DNA from: Camelus dromedarius
Lineage: Eukaryota
Assembly (NCBI RefSeq): GCF_036321535.1
Contig: NC_087437.1
Location: 22,570,001-22,634,000 of the forward strand
Length of the DNA stretch: 64,000 nucleotides
Direction: 5' to 3'
Shown: positions 51,713 through 64,000 of the stretch, in pieces
Numbering within the stretch: position 1 is the first letter of the stretch
Layout of the letters: each line of letters starts with the position of its first letter
Notes under the pieces: generated by a model
What the model saw: the letters and a program-made list of their open reading frames with translations, nothing else
Database searches by the model: none
Told to the model about the DNA's origin: nothing
Program-made: the position numbers and the translations under genes

Positions 51713-52699
51713 CTGTTGAAGAGAAAAATATGATCTTCAAACCTCAAGTCAAATCCTGTATAAACCCATGCAATCATAGCTAACATTCTAATGTGCTTCC
51801 TGAATAAGGATCATTGCCAAGTTACCACTACTCTACCAATTCGTGGCCATACTAGTTCTCAGTACATTGTCTAAATCTCTTGACTATGAAAGACACTTTT
51901 ACCAAACATCACAACTCCTTCACTTGGCAAAGGTAACAGAACATTTTAGAGTAAATTTCAATGAAAACAAGATAAGTCTCAAAGATACAAAAAATAATCT
52001 GTCAAATATGGCATAGCAAATCAGGCCCACAAATGTGGTGGCTGGCTTGACAACTGTAGATGGCTTGCTTTTTTCAGGTTGTTTTGTCTGCTAGGAGATG
52101 TCTGAAAAGGGTTAAAATTTCAAGTCTCTCAATGCGATGAGATGGATATTATCTGCTCACAGGGGACCATGTCAACCAGCTAATGTACAACAGATGAGTC
52201 TGTACTACTGCTGGTGTCAAGACACTTCCACACCAGGTGGAGAATCACTGCTAGGTTAGAGTACCCGTAACTTCAACACGCTGTTGAAAATGAATCCTGA
52301 AAAGGTTACATTTGACCTTGCAAGGAAAGATGTTTTTTTCATGAGATTTGCCCTTCTACAGCTTATAAATTGTATTTAATTATTTAACTGACTGATTTTG
52401 CTAAATCCTACTCGAGGAAATACAGAAATTGCTGAACTAGACCATAATAAAATCACTAAAAGTGAGTGTAAGAATCCTTAGAAACTACAGACCCTCAGAC
52501 CAATAGATGGTGTTCAAGTATTCACATGCATTTAAAGTTAGTTTGTTGAATGAAAAAAAAATGTTAAAAAAAAAGTTTGTTGAAAAATGTTCTAGGGCTG
52601 TGAGCATGACTAAAAAGAGTGTAAATCAGATATTAGAAATTGTAACGTCAATGAGAATGTAGATGTTTCAAATTCTGTTAAAGATTTCTCCATGAGAGA

Positions 52700-53150
52700 C
52701 TATTTTAGACACACCTGCATTTAAATCCAGTTTCTACTACTCACTACCTATGTGATTTTAGGGCATTACTAAAACTTTCTGAGCCTCAATAGCCTTAAGC
52801 ATGAGGTAGGGATAATAGTAATGGTTAGCCCATAGAGTTGTTTTAAAGATTATTTTAAGTAATATAAACTTGGGTTTTGACACATAGTAAATTCTCAATA
52901 AGATTATTATTATTATTGCTAATAATAATAATCATTAGGTAATAGTCACTTACTATTTCTACTTCACAAGTTTTAACTCATTTCATCCATGCATTGATCC
53001 TATAAGGCAGGTACTATTTGCATTTTACGGATGAGAAAACTGAATACTGGGTGATAAACTAACTTGCTCAAGGTAACACAGTTGTTAAATTGCTGAACCC
53101 AGATTTGAACTGCATTATTTGACTCCAGTTCCCATGCTTTTAACCACCAC
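52700..53150. mobile_element. Two oppositely oriented MIR SINEs
   Basis: Plus copy: ctactactcactacctatgtgattttagggc...tctgagcctca. Minus copy: cattttacggatgagaaaactga...aacttgctcaaggtaacacag. Confidence 0.7.
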
Positions 53151-56100
53151 ATCAGATTGCCTGACAAACAGTTCTATGTTTTACATTATATGTTATCTCA
53201 TATAGTGTACTCTCAACTAGGCCATAAGGTGGTTGTTCTAGGTAGTACAAAGGGGCAGTAATGGAGTATTCCTAAGAACTTGGAAATAATACTACCTTCT
53301 GAGTTGAACTATTAAGACAATTTATAATGGGTTGGAGCACAGAGACCCAACATTGCTGTGAAGAGTGTGGATTCCCATAAGAAAGCCTGAATCTTAACCA
53401 GACTGCAGGTATTAACATAACTGAGAAAGACTCTGTGATGGGACACAGCAATGGTTTCTGGCAAGAGGCACAATCATGGTGGGTCACCTACATTCATCCC
53501 GGGGAGGCAATTCTGTTGGTTAACAAGGTGTACAGCCTCTGGACAGGTATAGGTTAGTTTCATTCAGCTTATTTGTTTATTCAATAGATATTTATTATTG
53601 AACCCCCACTATGTGTCAGGCTCTGTGCCAGGTACTTAAAATACGTCAGTGAACAAGACAAAGATTCCTGTGCCTGCAGAGCCTGCATTTTATAGCAAGA
53701 TAAGTGGCAATAAAAATAATCATAAATATTAATTATACATGTTGCCCACATCACTCTTTGAATTAGACTGCATGTCTGATGAACATTGGGAGATCTGGAC
53801 AGTCCTGACTTTACCAGGGAAATGCTCTCCCATAGTCACCCCCTTCAGTCTCTTTGCATGTTAACCAAGTGTCACCACAGCCCTTTCTCATTTCAGCTAC
53901 ACTTCTAATATGGAGCATCAATAGGCTCTAGAATCAATATAACTTGATGACCTGTGACTCATATCTCTAAATTCTATACTCATTAGTTAATTTTATGGGT
54001 TGGGAATCTGAGGCTCAGCATTAAAATGACTTGCCCTATATTGCATAGAACTCATTAGATTGGGTAAGATTGAAAAAGTATATCCATATATATTATCCAG
54101 GCTCAGCAAGGTTATATGGAAACTAGAAGTCTCATACACTATTGATGGAAATAAAATTAAAGTCTTTATAAAAGCCAATTTGACAATTTATTTAAAAATT
54201 TTTTTTTATATTCTGCAGTTTATTAAATGATTTCCTATAAATTTTGCCAAGAAACTACTATTATTTATTAATGAAAAATTCAAAGCAATCTAAATGTCCA
54301 GTGAATAAATTACAGAAGACACATATGATAAATATGCAACTAATAATACCATGTATGACAGTATATATTAGGCACAGAAAAGTAAATTTATAAAGCAAAT
54401 TATAAAGTAATAAATAATAATTTCTAATTTTATAAAAATTAAACATACTTAGGCACACACATAAACATAAAAAACTAGAAGCATATAGTCTAAGATGTTA
54501 ATAGTGGTTATATAATGGAATTAAATGTGACTTTTCTTTTTTGCTTTTCCACATTTTCCAGTTCTTTTAAAATAACAGTCATAATAAAAAATAGCAATGC
54601 ACATTAGTGAGTGCTGTTATGTGACACAAGAGACGTTTATTGTGTCATCCAATCCTTACAATTCTATGAGTTAGGTACTATAATTATTCCTTTTTACAAA
54701 GGAGAAAATTAAGATTCAGAGAGGTTAAATAAGTTTCCTAAGGTCACAGAAGTTAGCTTCTGAACCCAGGCTTTTGGATGCCAAAGCCAACATAACCACT
54801 ATTCTGTAAAGCTTTTGAATTGTTTGAAATCAGGAGAAACACACACCCCCCTGTACACACTGTTCTTTTTTTAAAGAAAGTAAATGACTTATTCACTCCA
54901 AATCAATTCCTGGACACAAAATTACTATATATCCAATAGCTTCCCTGAGATAATAACAAAAAAAGGCAAAAAAAGGGAGACCATTTCAGTACGAGCTCAA
55001 TATATTTTGTTATATTACTAACAAAGGTCATTATCACTGGTAATTATAATAAGTAAATAATCAGTGTGCATCTACTAAGTTCCAGGCACTCTTCTATTGA
55101 TGATAGCTATTGACATTGTTATTATATTATTATAACTAACTAGTTATAACTATATTAACTGGGAGGATAAAAAATGAAAGCAAAAGCACCACCATAGTCT
55201 CACAGAGTGGTACATTCTAAGCAGCACTTCCTAGAAAGTATTTCAGGTGGCTCAGAAGACAGGAAAGACGTAGTCTAATGGGGAGAGGGAGTTCAGTGAA
55301 GTCCAGCCCATGCAATGCCATGAAGATGGTAGATCCGAGTGAAATGCCTTCCTGGGGTCAGTCTGTGGTTAGGGGCAGCCTGGGCCACAGGGATGGGCAG
55401 AAGCAGAACTGCCATATAAAAAGCCAAATTGTTGATAACATTGATTCCAACAGACATCTACTTGGTGCTATTCTTTAAAAAGCAGAGTGCTTATGCTATG
55501 GAGGATACAAAGGTAAAAATCCATGACCTGCCTTCAAAGAGTAGAGTATCACAGGATGAAAGTCATGTCACTTATGCTAACAGAAAGCACTGGGTAAAAG
55601 AGAATTTGGGGAAATGCCCTACACAGTGCTCCACACACTCACTTTATCGAATGCTTGTGATACACATACTGATTTTAAATTTCATGAGCTTGTTTCACAC
55701 TATTAAAGCTCCACACCTAAAGACATGTTGCAAAAATGTTTCAAAATAAAATGTTCCAGAAGGCTCAACTGCTTGGATGATTTTTAAGTATGCCATCTTA
55801 GTCTTTCTCAGTATTTTTTAAAAAGAATGCAACTTAAAAAAAATAGTCTTGATCAAGCTATGAATAGATCTACTGGAAAAGGCAGTTTTTTGAATTGCTA
55901 GAGATAAGCAAGGGAATTGCTGTTAGTTTGGAGACAGCTGTGTGGACCAGGCCTGTTAGCTGTCAGAAGAGCCACATCCCTGCCCGTGAAAGCATGTGAA
56001 ACAGACCATTACATGGAGCCCAGTCTGCAGTGGGAAAGCCCAGCACCAACAGGCTCTGGAAGCAACACGAAGACTATAATCTGCATCGAGACTTCTGATT

Positions 56101-56199
56101 TCTATACTGAGACATTTCCCTTGGATAAGTATCTTTCCTTATTTATTTGTTCACATTTTATGGATAGTTTCAATCTCAACAGTTTCTTTTTTTTTTCTG

Positions 56200-56416
56200 G
56201 GACACTTGTGTGGTAAGAAATTTTAAGATCTACCTCCTAGCAACTTTCAAATATACAAGGAAGTATGAACTATAGTCACTATGATGTACATTACATCCCC
56301 AGAATTTATTCATATTATAACTAGAAGTTTGCACTCTTTGACTATCTTCACTCAATTCTCCCACCTTACCTCACCCTGTGCCTCTGGCAACCACCAATCT
56401 GTTCTCCTTTTCTATG
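56200..56416 (-). mobile_element. L1MA-type 3' fragment
   Basis: ttaagatctacctcctagcaactttcaaatatacaa...acatccccagaatttattcat...cctctggcaaccaccaatctgttctc. Confidence 0.75.
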
Positions 56417-56474
56417 GGAGAACTCATAATTTATTAATGTTGGGATGGATGGGATTGGGAAGGCCTTCTAGACA

Positions 56475-57220
56475 CATTCATTCACTGATGCATTCATTAA
56501 TTTGTTCATTAAGTCATTCTTCAACAAATAAGTACTCATAGACATAATTCTTTCCCTCAGGGAGCTTATATATTATTGGGGAGCCAGATGTTTAATAACT
56601 AATTTATAATTTTATCAATATCGTGGCTAAGTCCTATGGAGAGAAGTACAGATTGCACATGTGCACACTTTGATCAGCTGTGGAACATTAAAGGGAGACT
56701 ATATTTTATAGGAAAGATCACACGTTCAATTTTAGAAATGTTGAGGTTGAGGAGTTGGTGAGCCTGTTAGGTATTCAGAGTTAGACTTAATGACGGGGTT
56801 GCCCAAGGGATAGATTTGAGAGCAGAACGGTGTGGTGTATGTTACTGCAGCCTTGGATATGGATGAAAATGTGATGAGAACATAAAGTGGAAGAGGGCCC
56901 ATGGCTGAGGCCTGGGAACGCTGGCGTTCAGCATTTGAAGACGAGGTGGAGATGATGCGGAGCAGAGGACATCAAGAATCAGTTAACAGAGACATGAGTG
57001 TAATCTAGTGGAGAGTCTCAGGAGTCCAGAGAAGAGTGTTTCAAGAAGGAGGGTATGATAAATAGGGATGAATGTTGCCAAGGAGGGCATTTTACTTGGT
57101 GTTATTAGGATTGTGGAAGCTAAAGTGGGATTAGAATGGGTTGAAGGGCTCACAGAAAATGAGGAAATTGAGACAGGCAACATACCCATCCTTCCAAGGA
57201 GTTTGGCTTATGAAAGGGGA
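56475..57220 (-). mobile_element. L2 LINE fragments
   Basis: cattcattcact...tcattcttcaacaaata (antisense L2 tail); gttcaattttagaaatgttgaggttgag; agagtgtttcaagaaggaggg. Confidence 0.6.
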
Positions 57221-58749
57221 CTGGGGTGAGATTTAAGTCAATCTTAGAGACATAAGGAAGAATTTGTGAAGAAGCTCACATCTCATGGCTGCTCACAAAC
57301 AGGAGTTACAAAATAATAATTCTGCTTCATCAAGAGTAGTGGCACAAGGTGGTAAATATGAATTTGGGTGAAATTGTATGGACTTTAGAGGGTCTATAGA
57401 ACCATCAGCTCCTACAGGTGTCAAAGAGATGAGTCTCTTATTTTTTCATTGTTTCTTACTGTATATATATATAAACACACACATATATAAACACATACAT
57501 ATATATAATAGTAAATACATACAGTATTTACTGTCATAAAAGCTTTTACTAAGTCCCACAAGAAATGCAAAGATAAGTGAGGCATAATTTTCATCTTCAG
57601 GAAGGAGAGACAAGTCACATACAAAAGCAGAATGTGTGGTAGAAGGTGCTAAGTGTCCCAGGAGAGGTACAGATCAAGTGCACTGAGTTCACAGAGGAGC
57701 TCTCTTTACTTGGGGACTCAGGAAAGGCTTTGAGAGGAAGGTGGCATATTTGCTGAATCTGAAATACACATTTAAGTTAGGAGACTGCCAGCAATGTCTC
57801 ATCTAAATGCATGATGCCCAAACTACTGATTTTTTCCCCTAAAATGCAAAACCATTCCCACTGAAGGTGGTTTCTTTTTGACTCAGTACAAAACCCAAAG
57901 GGCAAAGAATCAAAACCTTTCCTTTAGCAATCCGGGGAATCATTTGCCATCTGCCACTCACTGCAGAGATGACAGGGAAAGGCCTGTCCTGACTTAGCTG
58001 TGGCTGTACATATGGCTTTTACCTTGGTACCCAGTATGGGGAGTTGTTGCCCCAAGAAGGCTTTTGTTACTGAATCAGGTGTTAAGATTTCACAAACTAG
58101 GCGACCTCTTTGGCCCATTCTATTTTTCCCACCAGTCTGAAGACTTTGTTCCTTCTGTTTTATTGAAAGTTGGGGAGAAGAGGATGAAGGAATCAATTGG
58201 GTGGCTTGTGGGTATGTTAACAGAAAATAGGGTATCAGGTGAAGCCCCATTCAGCTTGGCTATGGTGAGAAGTGAGCCCCTGCCCAGTTCCTGTATCAGA
58301 TATCTTGCACAAGGAACCAGGAAGACTGCACACTGCCTGCCCTTTATCCTCTCTCCTCTGAAAGGGGTAGAGAGAGACAGTCTTTAGAGGAAGAGAAAGG
58401 TTGCATCCAACTTTTCTGTCCCTAAAAGTATAAAGGAGGCTGTTTAGAGAATGAGATGGGGTAGGAGGAAGGGGAGAAATGAGGGAGGGTTCATTGTCAA
58501 AGGCACAAATGTGTGTGTTGAGGTTGGGAAATTCTATGCCAGGACATTTGACCACTCAAAAATTTTTGTTTGCAACAGCCATCACCAAGACAACTGCACC
58601 TCCACAGTTCTCTCTATCCATGTCCTCTACTTTTTTCTTAGCTACCAACATCATGAAACCTTAATTCTTCTCAAGACACTTAATCTGTCATTGGGTAGTG
58701 GGCTCTCTGGCTCTGAGATTTTAAGAAGAAATAACAGTAATAGGAATAA

Positions 58750-58843
58750 GGAGGAGGAGGTATAGCTTAGTGGTACATGCATGCATGCTTACCATGCATG
58801 AAGTCCCAGGGTTCAATCCCCAGCACCGTCACTAAAAAAAAAT
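58750..58843 (+). mobile_element. Short Vic-1-like SINE (tRNA-like head plus A-tail)
   Basis: ggtatagcttagtggta...gggttcaatccccagcacc...taaaaaaaaa. Perfect 12-bp TSD taataggaataa at 58738-58749 and 58844-58855. Confidence 0.88.
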
Positions 58844-60605
58844 TAATAGGAATAAAAATGGGGGGATGGGGAAGGGAATGAACATTTTAACATTTGTTGA
58901 GTTCTACTCTGTATCAGGCCCTATGTTAATGCATTTTATATATTTTTTGAATCACACACACACACACACACACACCAGTTAGTTGAGCAGCTATCATGAA
59001 TCCTATTTTACAGACAAGGAAATCCAGCAAATGATAGAAATGAGATTTAAATACACGTTCCTTTCTATATTTTACTATTGGACACTAAGTAGAAAATTTA
59101 CGATATCTTTGCCTTGGCTTTCCAAATTTAAAAAGTCAATTACTATATTATTTTTTTCTGGTAGAATGTTTTTGAAATGATACATAATAAGATCAGCTTT
59201 TTGAGGGTTAGGAATGGCCTAGAAGACCTTGCTTTTAGGCATCAAATTTGGCTATAAGAGGATATGGAAAGTGCCATGCCTTCCATGATTTTCCCTTTAA
59301 GCCAGTTCTATATCAGACTTTCTATGGGCCTAGAAGAACACATGGTCACCATGTTTTTTGTTTGTTTGTTTTTCAAAAATAGAGAGGCTGCAGAGAGGAG
59401 GTTGTGATGAAATACACTATTCTTTAACCATGGCTGGGGTCTAGGGCTCTGGGATCTTGAGACCCTTGGAACAAAGTTAAATGAGTCCATTTCCCCACAT
59501 ACTGTACTGACCGCTGGACTATCAACTCACCACCTTCTTGGGCCTCCCCTGGAGGCCCTCCAGCAATCTGTGTAGCTGCCTGCAGCGAATCAAGCCTCCC
59601 TCCTGTTAAGTGCTTCACAGCTGTTAAAGGAAATGTGATATAAATCCCAAGCATGAATATGGAACGGGCGTAAGTGGCGATGCTGAAATGCAGTAGGAGG
59701 TTCAGATCTACTGAAAGGTGAACTAAGCACAGTATTGAACTTAACCAGGCATCCTATTGCGTGTCTACTTATATCCACTTTCTGGGAGCACGCTGGCTCA
59801 TTCAGGGGTGAAGGGATTGCTTCTGGGAAGACTGAGAGGAGCAACGAAGGCAGTGTAGGACTCAGTCACACTCACCAAAGGCATCCTGCACCCCAAACGA
59901 CAACCTCCCTTGCAGAGCTTGTCAGTCTGAGCCAGCATTCTGGAATGCATGAGTAATCATAGCTCTGCTCCTCTCTCTACAGCCTGGGGATCCTGCCTTC
60001 TCCCTTCAGAACCCCATGTTAGTGCTTACTGGATATATTCACTGCTTTCTTGTCTCCACCCCTCTTTCAACTTGTATCACCACTGTCCATCCTCTGACGT
60101 GGTTAACACAGCTCTCGCCTTTATTTCATCCAGATATTAAATTCCACTCATGCATTCTTTGTGTGTCCATCTTATCTGACCAATGTAAAGAGAGATGGCA
60201 CCTCTGGGCTGTGCTGCCTTCTGCCCTCTCTGTTCCCCTCTGCATACTACCCAGCCTAGCTAGATGCTAAGATAAACGTGATGTGGCTTATGTCTTTTAG
60301 GAGCTCATAGCTTAGGAGAAGGGATAAGCAACACGTATAAATAACTGGACTACTATGTGAGAAATAAGCAGTTTGGAAGAAACCTAAAGATAAAGTGGTA
60401 TGGGGTTGAGGGGAGGAAAGGAGAAATATGGTCTGGGGGAAGAAAGCATTGGAGGTGAATCTTTCTTGAAGGGCCAATGGGGTGAGACATGAGTTGTGAT
60501 AGGAGAAGGAGGAAAAGGAGGTGGTCACTAAGGAGTAACAAGGGCCACCAAAGCAACACATGAGGTGATGGATTTTTCCGCTATGAATTGCTATATAGTC
60601 TAATT

Positions 60606-60925
60606 CAGTGGTTTTCAAATTCTGCTGCATATCAGAATTGCATGGGGAGCTATGAAAATCATGATGCCCAGGCTACATCCCAGACCAAGTGAGTCAGAAT
60701 CTCTGTAGATGGGACCCAGACATCAGTATTTTTTTTAAGTTTTTCCATTAGTCCAATATGTAGCCAGGATCTAGAACAAGGGTTCTAAATCACCACATCA
60801 TGTCTGTAATGTCCAGACCAATCACCTGAGGATCAGCAGGTCTGAAATGGGCCTGAGATTCTGCATTTCTAATGAGCTCCCAGGTGCCAATGCTGCTGGT
60901 CCCATGCCACACCCTGAGTAGGAGA
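60606..60925. mobile_element. Adjacent MER5-family MITE fragments
   Basis: cagtggttttcaaattctgctgcatatcagaatt...tcagaatctctg; gggcctgagattctgcatttctaatgagctcccaggtg. Confidence 0.7.
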
Positions 60926-63534
60926 CTCTAAATGAGGAGGCTGCTAACTAAGCAAAATCGCTCAGCCACTTGTGTACATTCTAGCCCTGATGGTAAGTTC
61001 CTTAAGGGGGCAGCACTTTGAATTCACAAATAGAGCTTGCCTGAGATGTAATTAATACAGGTTCACATGCAGATAAGCACCTAATACCCACGGCTTGGTG
61101 ACTTCGTCTCCCTGCTGATTTGTGACTGAGTGGTGAGGATTATTGAATAGCATGTAAGGATTCTAGTTTTCAATTTGGAGCTTCTTGTAGAAGAAAATTT
61201 AAAAAGAGGTGGGGAAGGGGAAGTGAAAGAATGTCTCTCCCACTAAAATGTAAAATTTAACAGACTTCCATTATGCCTTTGATCTACAGCTCCATGGAGA
61301 CTTCTTTCCTAGGTAGAGACCCGCCCTTCACTGACACAGGGAAAGAGCTGGATGACTGCTTTGGTCTCATCACATCTGAGGCTGGTCACTGCAAAGTTCT
61401 ACTGAGTTTTCAAAAGTGGTAAAAGGAATCCTCAAGCTTTTCTTTCTAAATGTTTTTGTTTTTTTTTTGTCAATCCTAGCAGAAATTTACAGGTTTGTTA
61501 AAGGAATACTGTGACTATTAAATGAAATAACAGGTTTCTTTGCTTTGGGCTGAACTATATCAAATCAGAAACTCTGATTAGTAGTACAAATACGTATGTG
61601 TGTATTACACATGCACACACACACATATACATAAATATGTAGACGTATGTATACACACACACACACATATAATCTTTGATCAATAACAAGTAAGGAAGCT
61701 TGGACAAAATATCTCCAACTATGAAATTCATTCAGGCTAAAGCAGTAATAGACGACCTGATGCCCCGCACAGTCAGGCCCTGGCCATTCCTTTTCACCTT
61801 TAAACACATGTGCGTGACTGTTGCCTCATCTGCTCTCACCCTTCCCAGGAGGTGGATGAAATAAAAGTCCATCATTCTCTTTTCACAGATGAAGTAACTG
61901 CCACAAGGAGCTTAGAGGCCTATGCACCACTTCACAGCCTTTGTTCCACTATTTTCCCAAAGGTGCGAAATTGAAACCCCTTGGAAACAGTTGCTTAGAC
62001 CAGGAAAAAAAAAAAAAACTTAAAAGTTATTCAACGCAGAATCTCTATTTAAAAACATAAAAACCACGACCCACCCAGGTTAATGACTTGGTCAAAGTCA
62101 CACTGAACCTGGTTGGTAGAGGAGATAGGACTGGAATGCCAGTTTTCTCCTAAAGAGATTTCACTAGAACTGGCAGATTCCACAGACGATCTGCTGCCTG
62201 GGATTTCAGCAAAGGGAATAAAGCCTGTGATTTGAATATAATTTGCCTAATTTACTATTCCTAGAAAACTTCCCATCTCTTTTCATATTCCCTAAAGCAT
62301 ATTTATGTTCTTCAGCTGTACCATTTGGAACCCTAAAGCCAACTGCTGGTTGTAATCGAATGTAAATAGCAAGAAAATGCAACTCTCTGGATTTTTCCCC
62401 AATCAGATCAATTTTCCAGCAAGCAGCAAGCTCATAAATAATGTAGATGTTTAAGACATATTTAGCTCAGTGTAAGATGTTACACTATTTACTGTTTGAT
62501 TGATGGCTTTAAAATATATTACCATTATTGGTGACAAGATAAAATGAACCATTTATCTTATGAGTGATGAAAATCAAACATTAATTCCTTGGCCTGATTC
62601 TTCCTTTTTCAACCATGTCAATATATTTTTGAAAACTTTTTGATCTAGAATGGAGAGATTCAAAATGGCCTGTTTTGCTTATGATGCATGTAATACAACT
62701 ACTTACTTGAAATTCCTTTGTAGTTATAAAGTGAACTTTCGCAATATTTCAAATCACCTTTCAGAGCCCAGAGACATTGTTCTCATGGGTTTTTCTTCTA
62801 ATAACAGAGTTTACCAACTAATCAAATATAGAAGAAATCACCAAAGTGATTTAGAGAACAAGAAAACAATAAAATATTTAATCCCATAAGGTAATTAAGT
62901 ATTCCTTTACAGAGCCTGAGCTTTGAGATCACTGCTGCTGCTTCCCATCACTCCAGCAGCACAAGCATTTGCTGAAAAAAGATCATTTGGTTTGCTAAAT
63001 CTTGCTACTCCCAAGTGTCCCTGTCATAATATTAACTGACCAGACTCCAGGGCTAGATCTACATTAGGCCAGCCTGCACAATCTATGAGAACATTTCTGA
63101 CAAATCACCCAGTTATCTGGTCTATACAACACCAGACAATTGATAGAACTTACTCTTCATCTGTGCCCCTACTTACTGTCAACTAACCCCCATCCACTTG
63201 ACAAATGGACTGGCTTTACACTATTAGGCACTGAACTGAAGGGTAGACAGTTTGGCATACTCCCATGTGATTTGAGTTGAATTTTAGCAGTAAGACATAA
63301 CATGGTGGTTTGAACCAACTACAGATGATTCATCCAAGTAAATGGATGACTTAAGAGTTAATGATTTGATTTCTTAACAACTCCATTCCTCTGGAGAATA
63401 AAACATCTGTTATTACCAAGTGTAATCTCTAAAACCACAACATAGAAGGAACAAGTGTCTTCTTCTTTATAAAAGTGAGTTTCAGAGAGAGAGGTAAGAA
63501 TCAAGTTTATATGTGAAGTCATACAATGCACTGG

Positions 63535-64000
63535 TTTTTAAATTGAAGTATAGTCAGTTTACAATGTTGTGTCAATTTCTGGTGTACAGCACAGTCATAC
63601 ATGAATATACATATGTTTGTTTTCATATTCTTTTTCACTGTAAGCTACTACAAGATATCGAATATAGTTCCCTGTGCTATACAGTATAAACTTGTTTATC
63701 TATTCTATATATACCAGTCAGTACCTGCAAATCTCAAACTCCCAACCTACCCCTTCTCACCCACTTCTCCCCTGGTAACCGTAAGTTTGTTTTCTATGTC
63801 TGTGAGTCTGTTTCTATTTTATAAATAAGTTCATTTGTTGTTTTTTTTTTCAATGAGTGATATCATACGGTATTTTTCTTCCTCTTTCTGGCTTACTTCA
63901 CTTGGAATGACAATCTAATGACAATTTCCAGGGGCATCATGTTGCTGCAAATGGCATTATTTTATTATTTTTTATGGCTGAGTAGTATTCCATTGTATAA
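63535..64000 (-). mobile_element. Lineage-specific L1 3'UTR (continues beyond the window end)
   Basis: tttttaaattgaagtatagtcagtttacaatgttgtgtcaatttctggtgtacagc...ggctgagtagtattccattg. Confidence 0.9.

Noticed and set aside
51565..51786. 73-aa ORF as a standalone gene
   Set aside because: Only 51597-51712 is NHE9-like and bounded by splice sites; the flanks are intron read-through.
58750..58843. tRNA gene calls for the A/B-box elements (also 10617, 14639, 32118)
   Set aside because: A-rich tails, TSDs and no convincing cloverleaf identify them as SINEs.

Overview
This is AT-rich, repeat-dense mammalian genomic DNA, most likely from a camelid, judging by four copies of a tRNA-derived SINE that matches the camelid Vic-1 type. 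The whole window lies inside SLC9A9 (NHE9, an endosomal Na+(K+)/H+ exchanger), which is transcribed on the minus strand. Only two coding exons are supported: 51597-51712 (116 bp) and 14376-14481 (106 bp). They are joined in frame across a 37,115-bp GT-AG intron and encode the ion-binding core (ATDP and GESVLNDA motifs). The rest is intronic: young and old L1s, L2/MIR relics, MaLR/ERV solo LTRs, hAT and Tigger MITEs, SINEs and microsatellites. Most other ORFs in the track are repeat, antisense or low-complexity artefacts, and the remainder show no recognisable protein. I found no convincing new multi-gene system. The best leads are two TSD-bounded L1 insertions with chimeric 3' ends (43350-43834 and 47402-48908), a hairpin abutting a recent 122-bp tandem duplication (40115-40384), a candidate alternative terminal or poison exon about 3 kb upstream of the 106-bp exon, and a 632-bp homopyrimidine tract. 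Repeat family names and comparisons with human NHE9 come from my recall of consensus sequences, not from a search.
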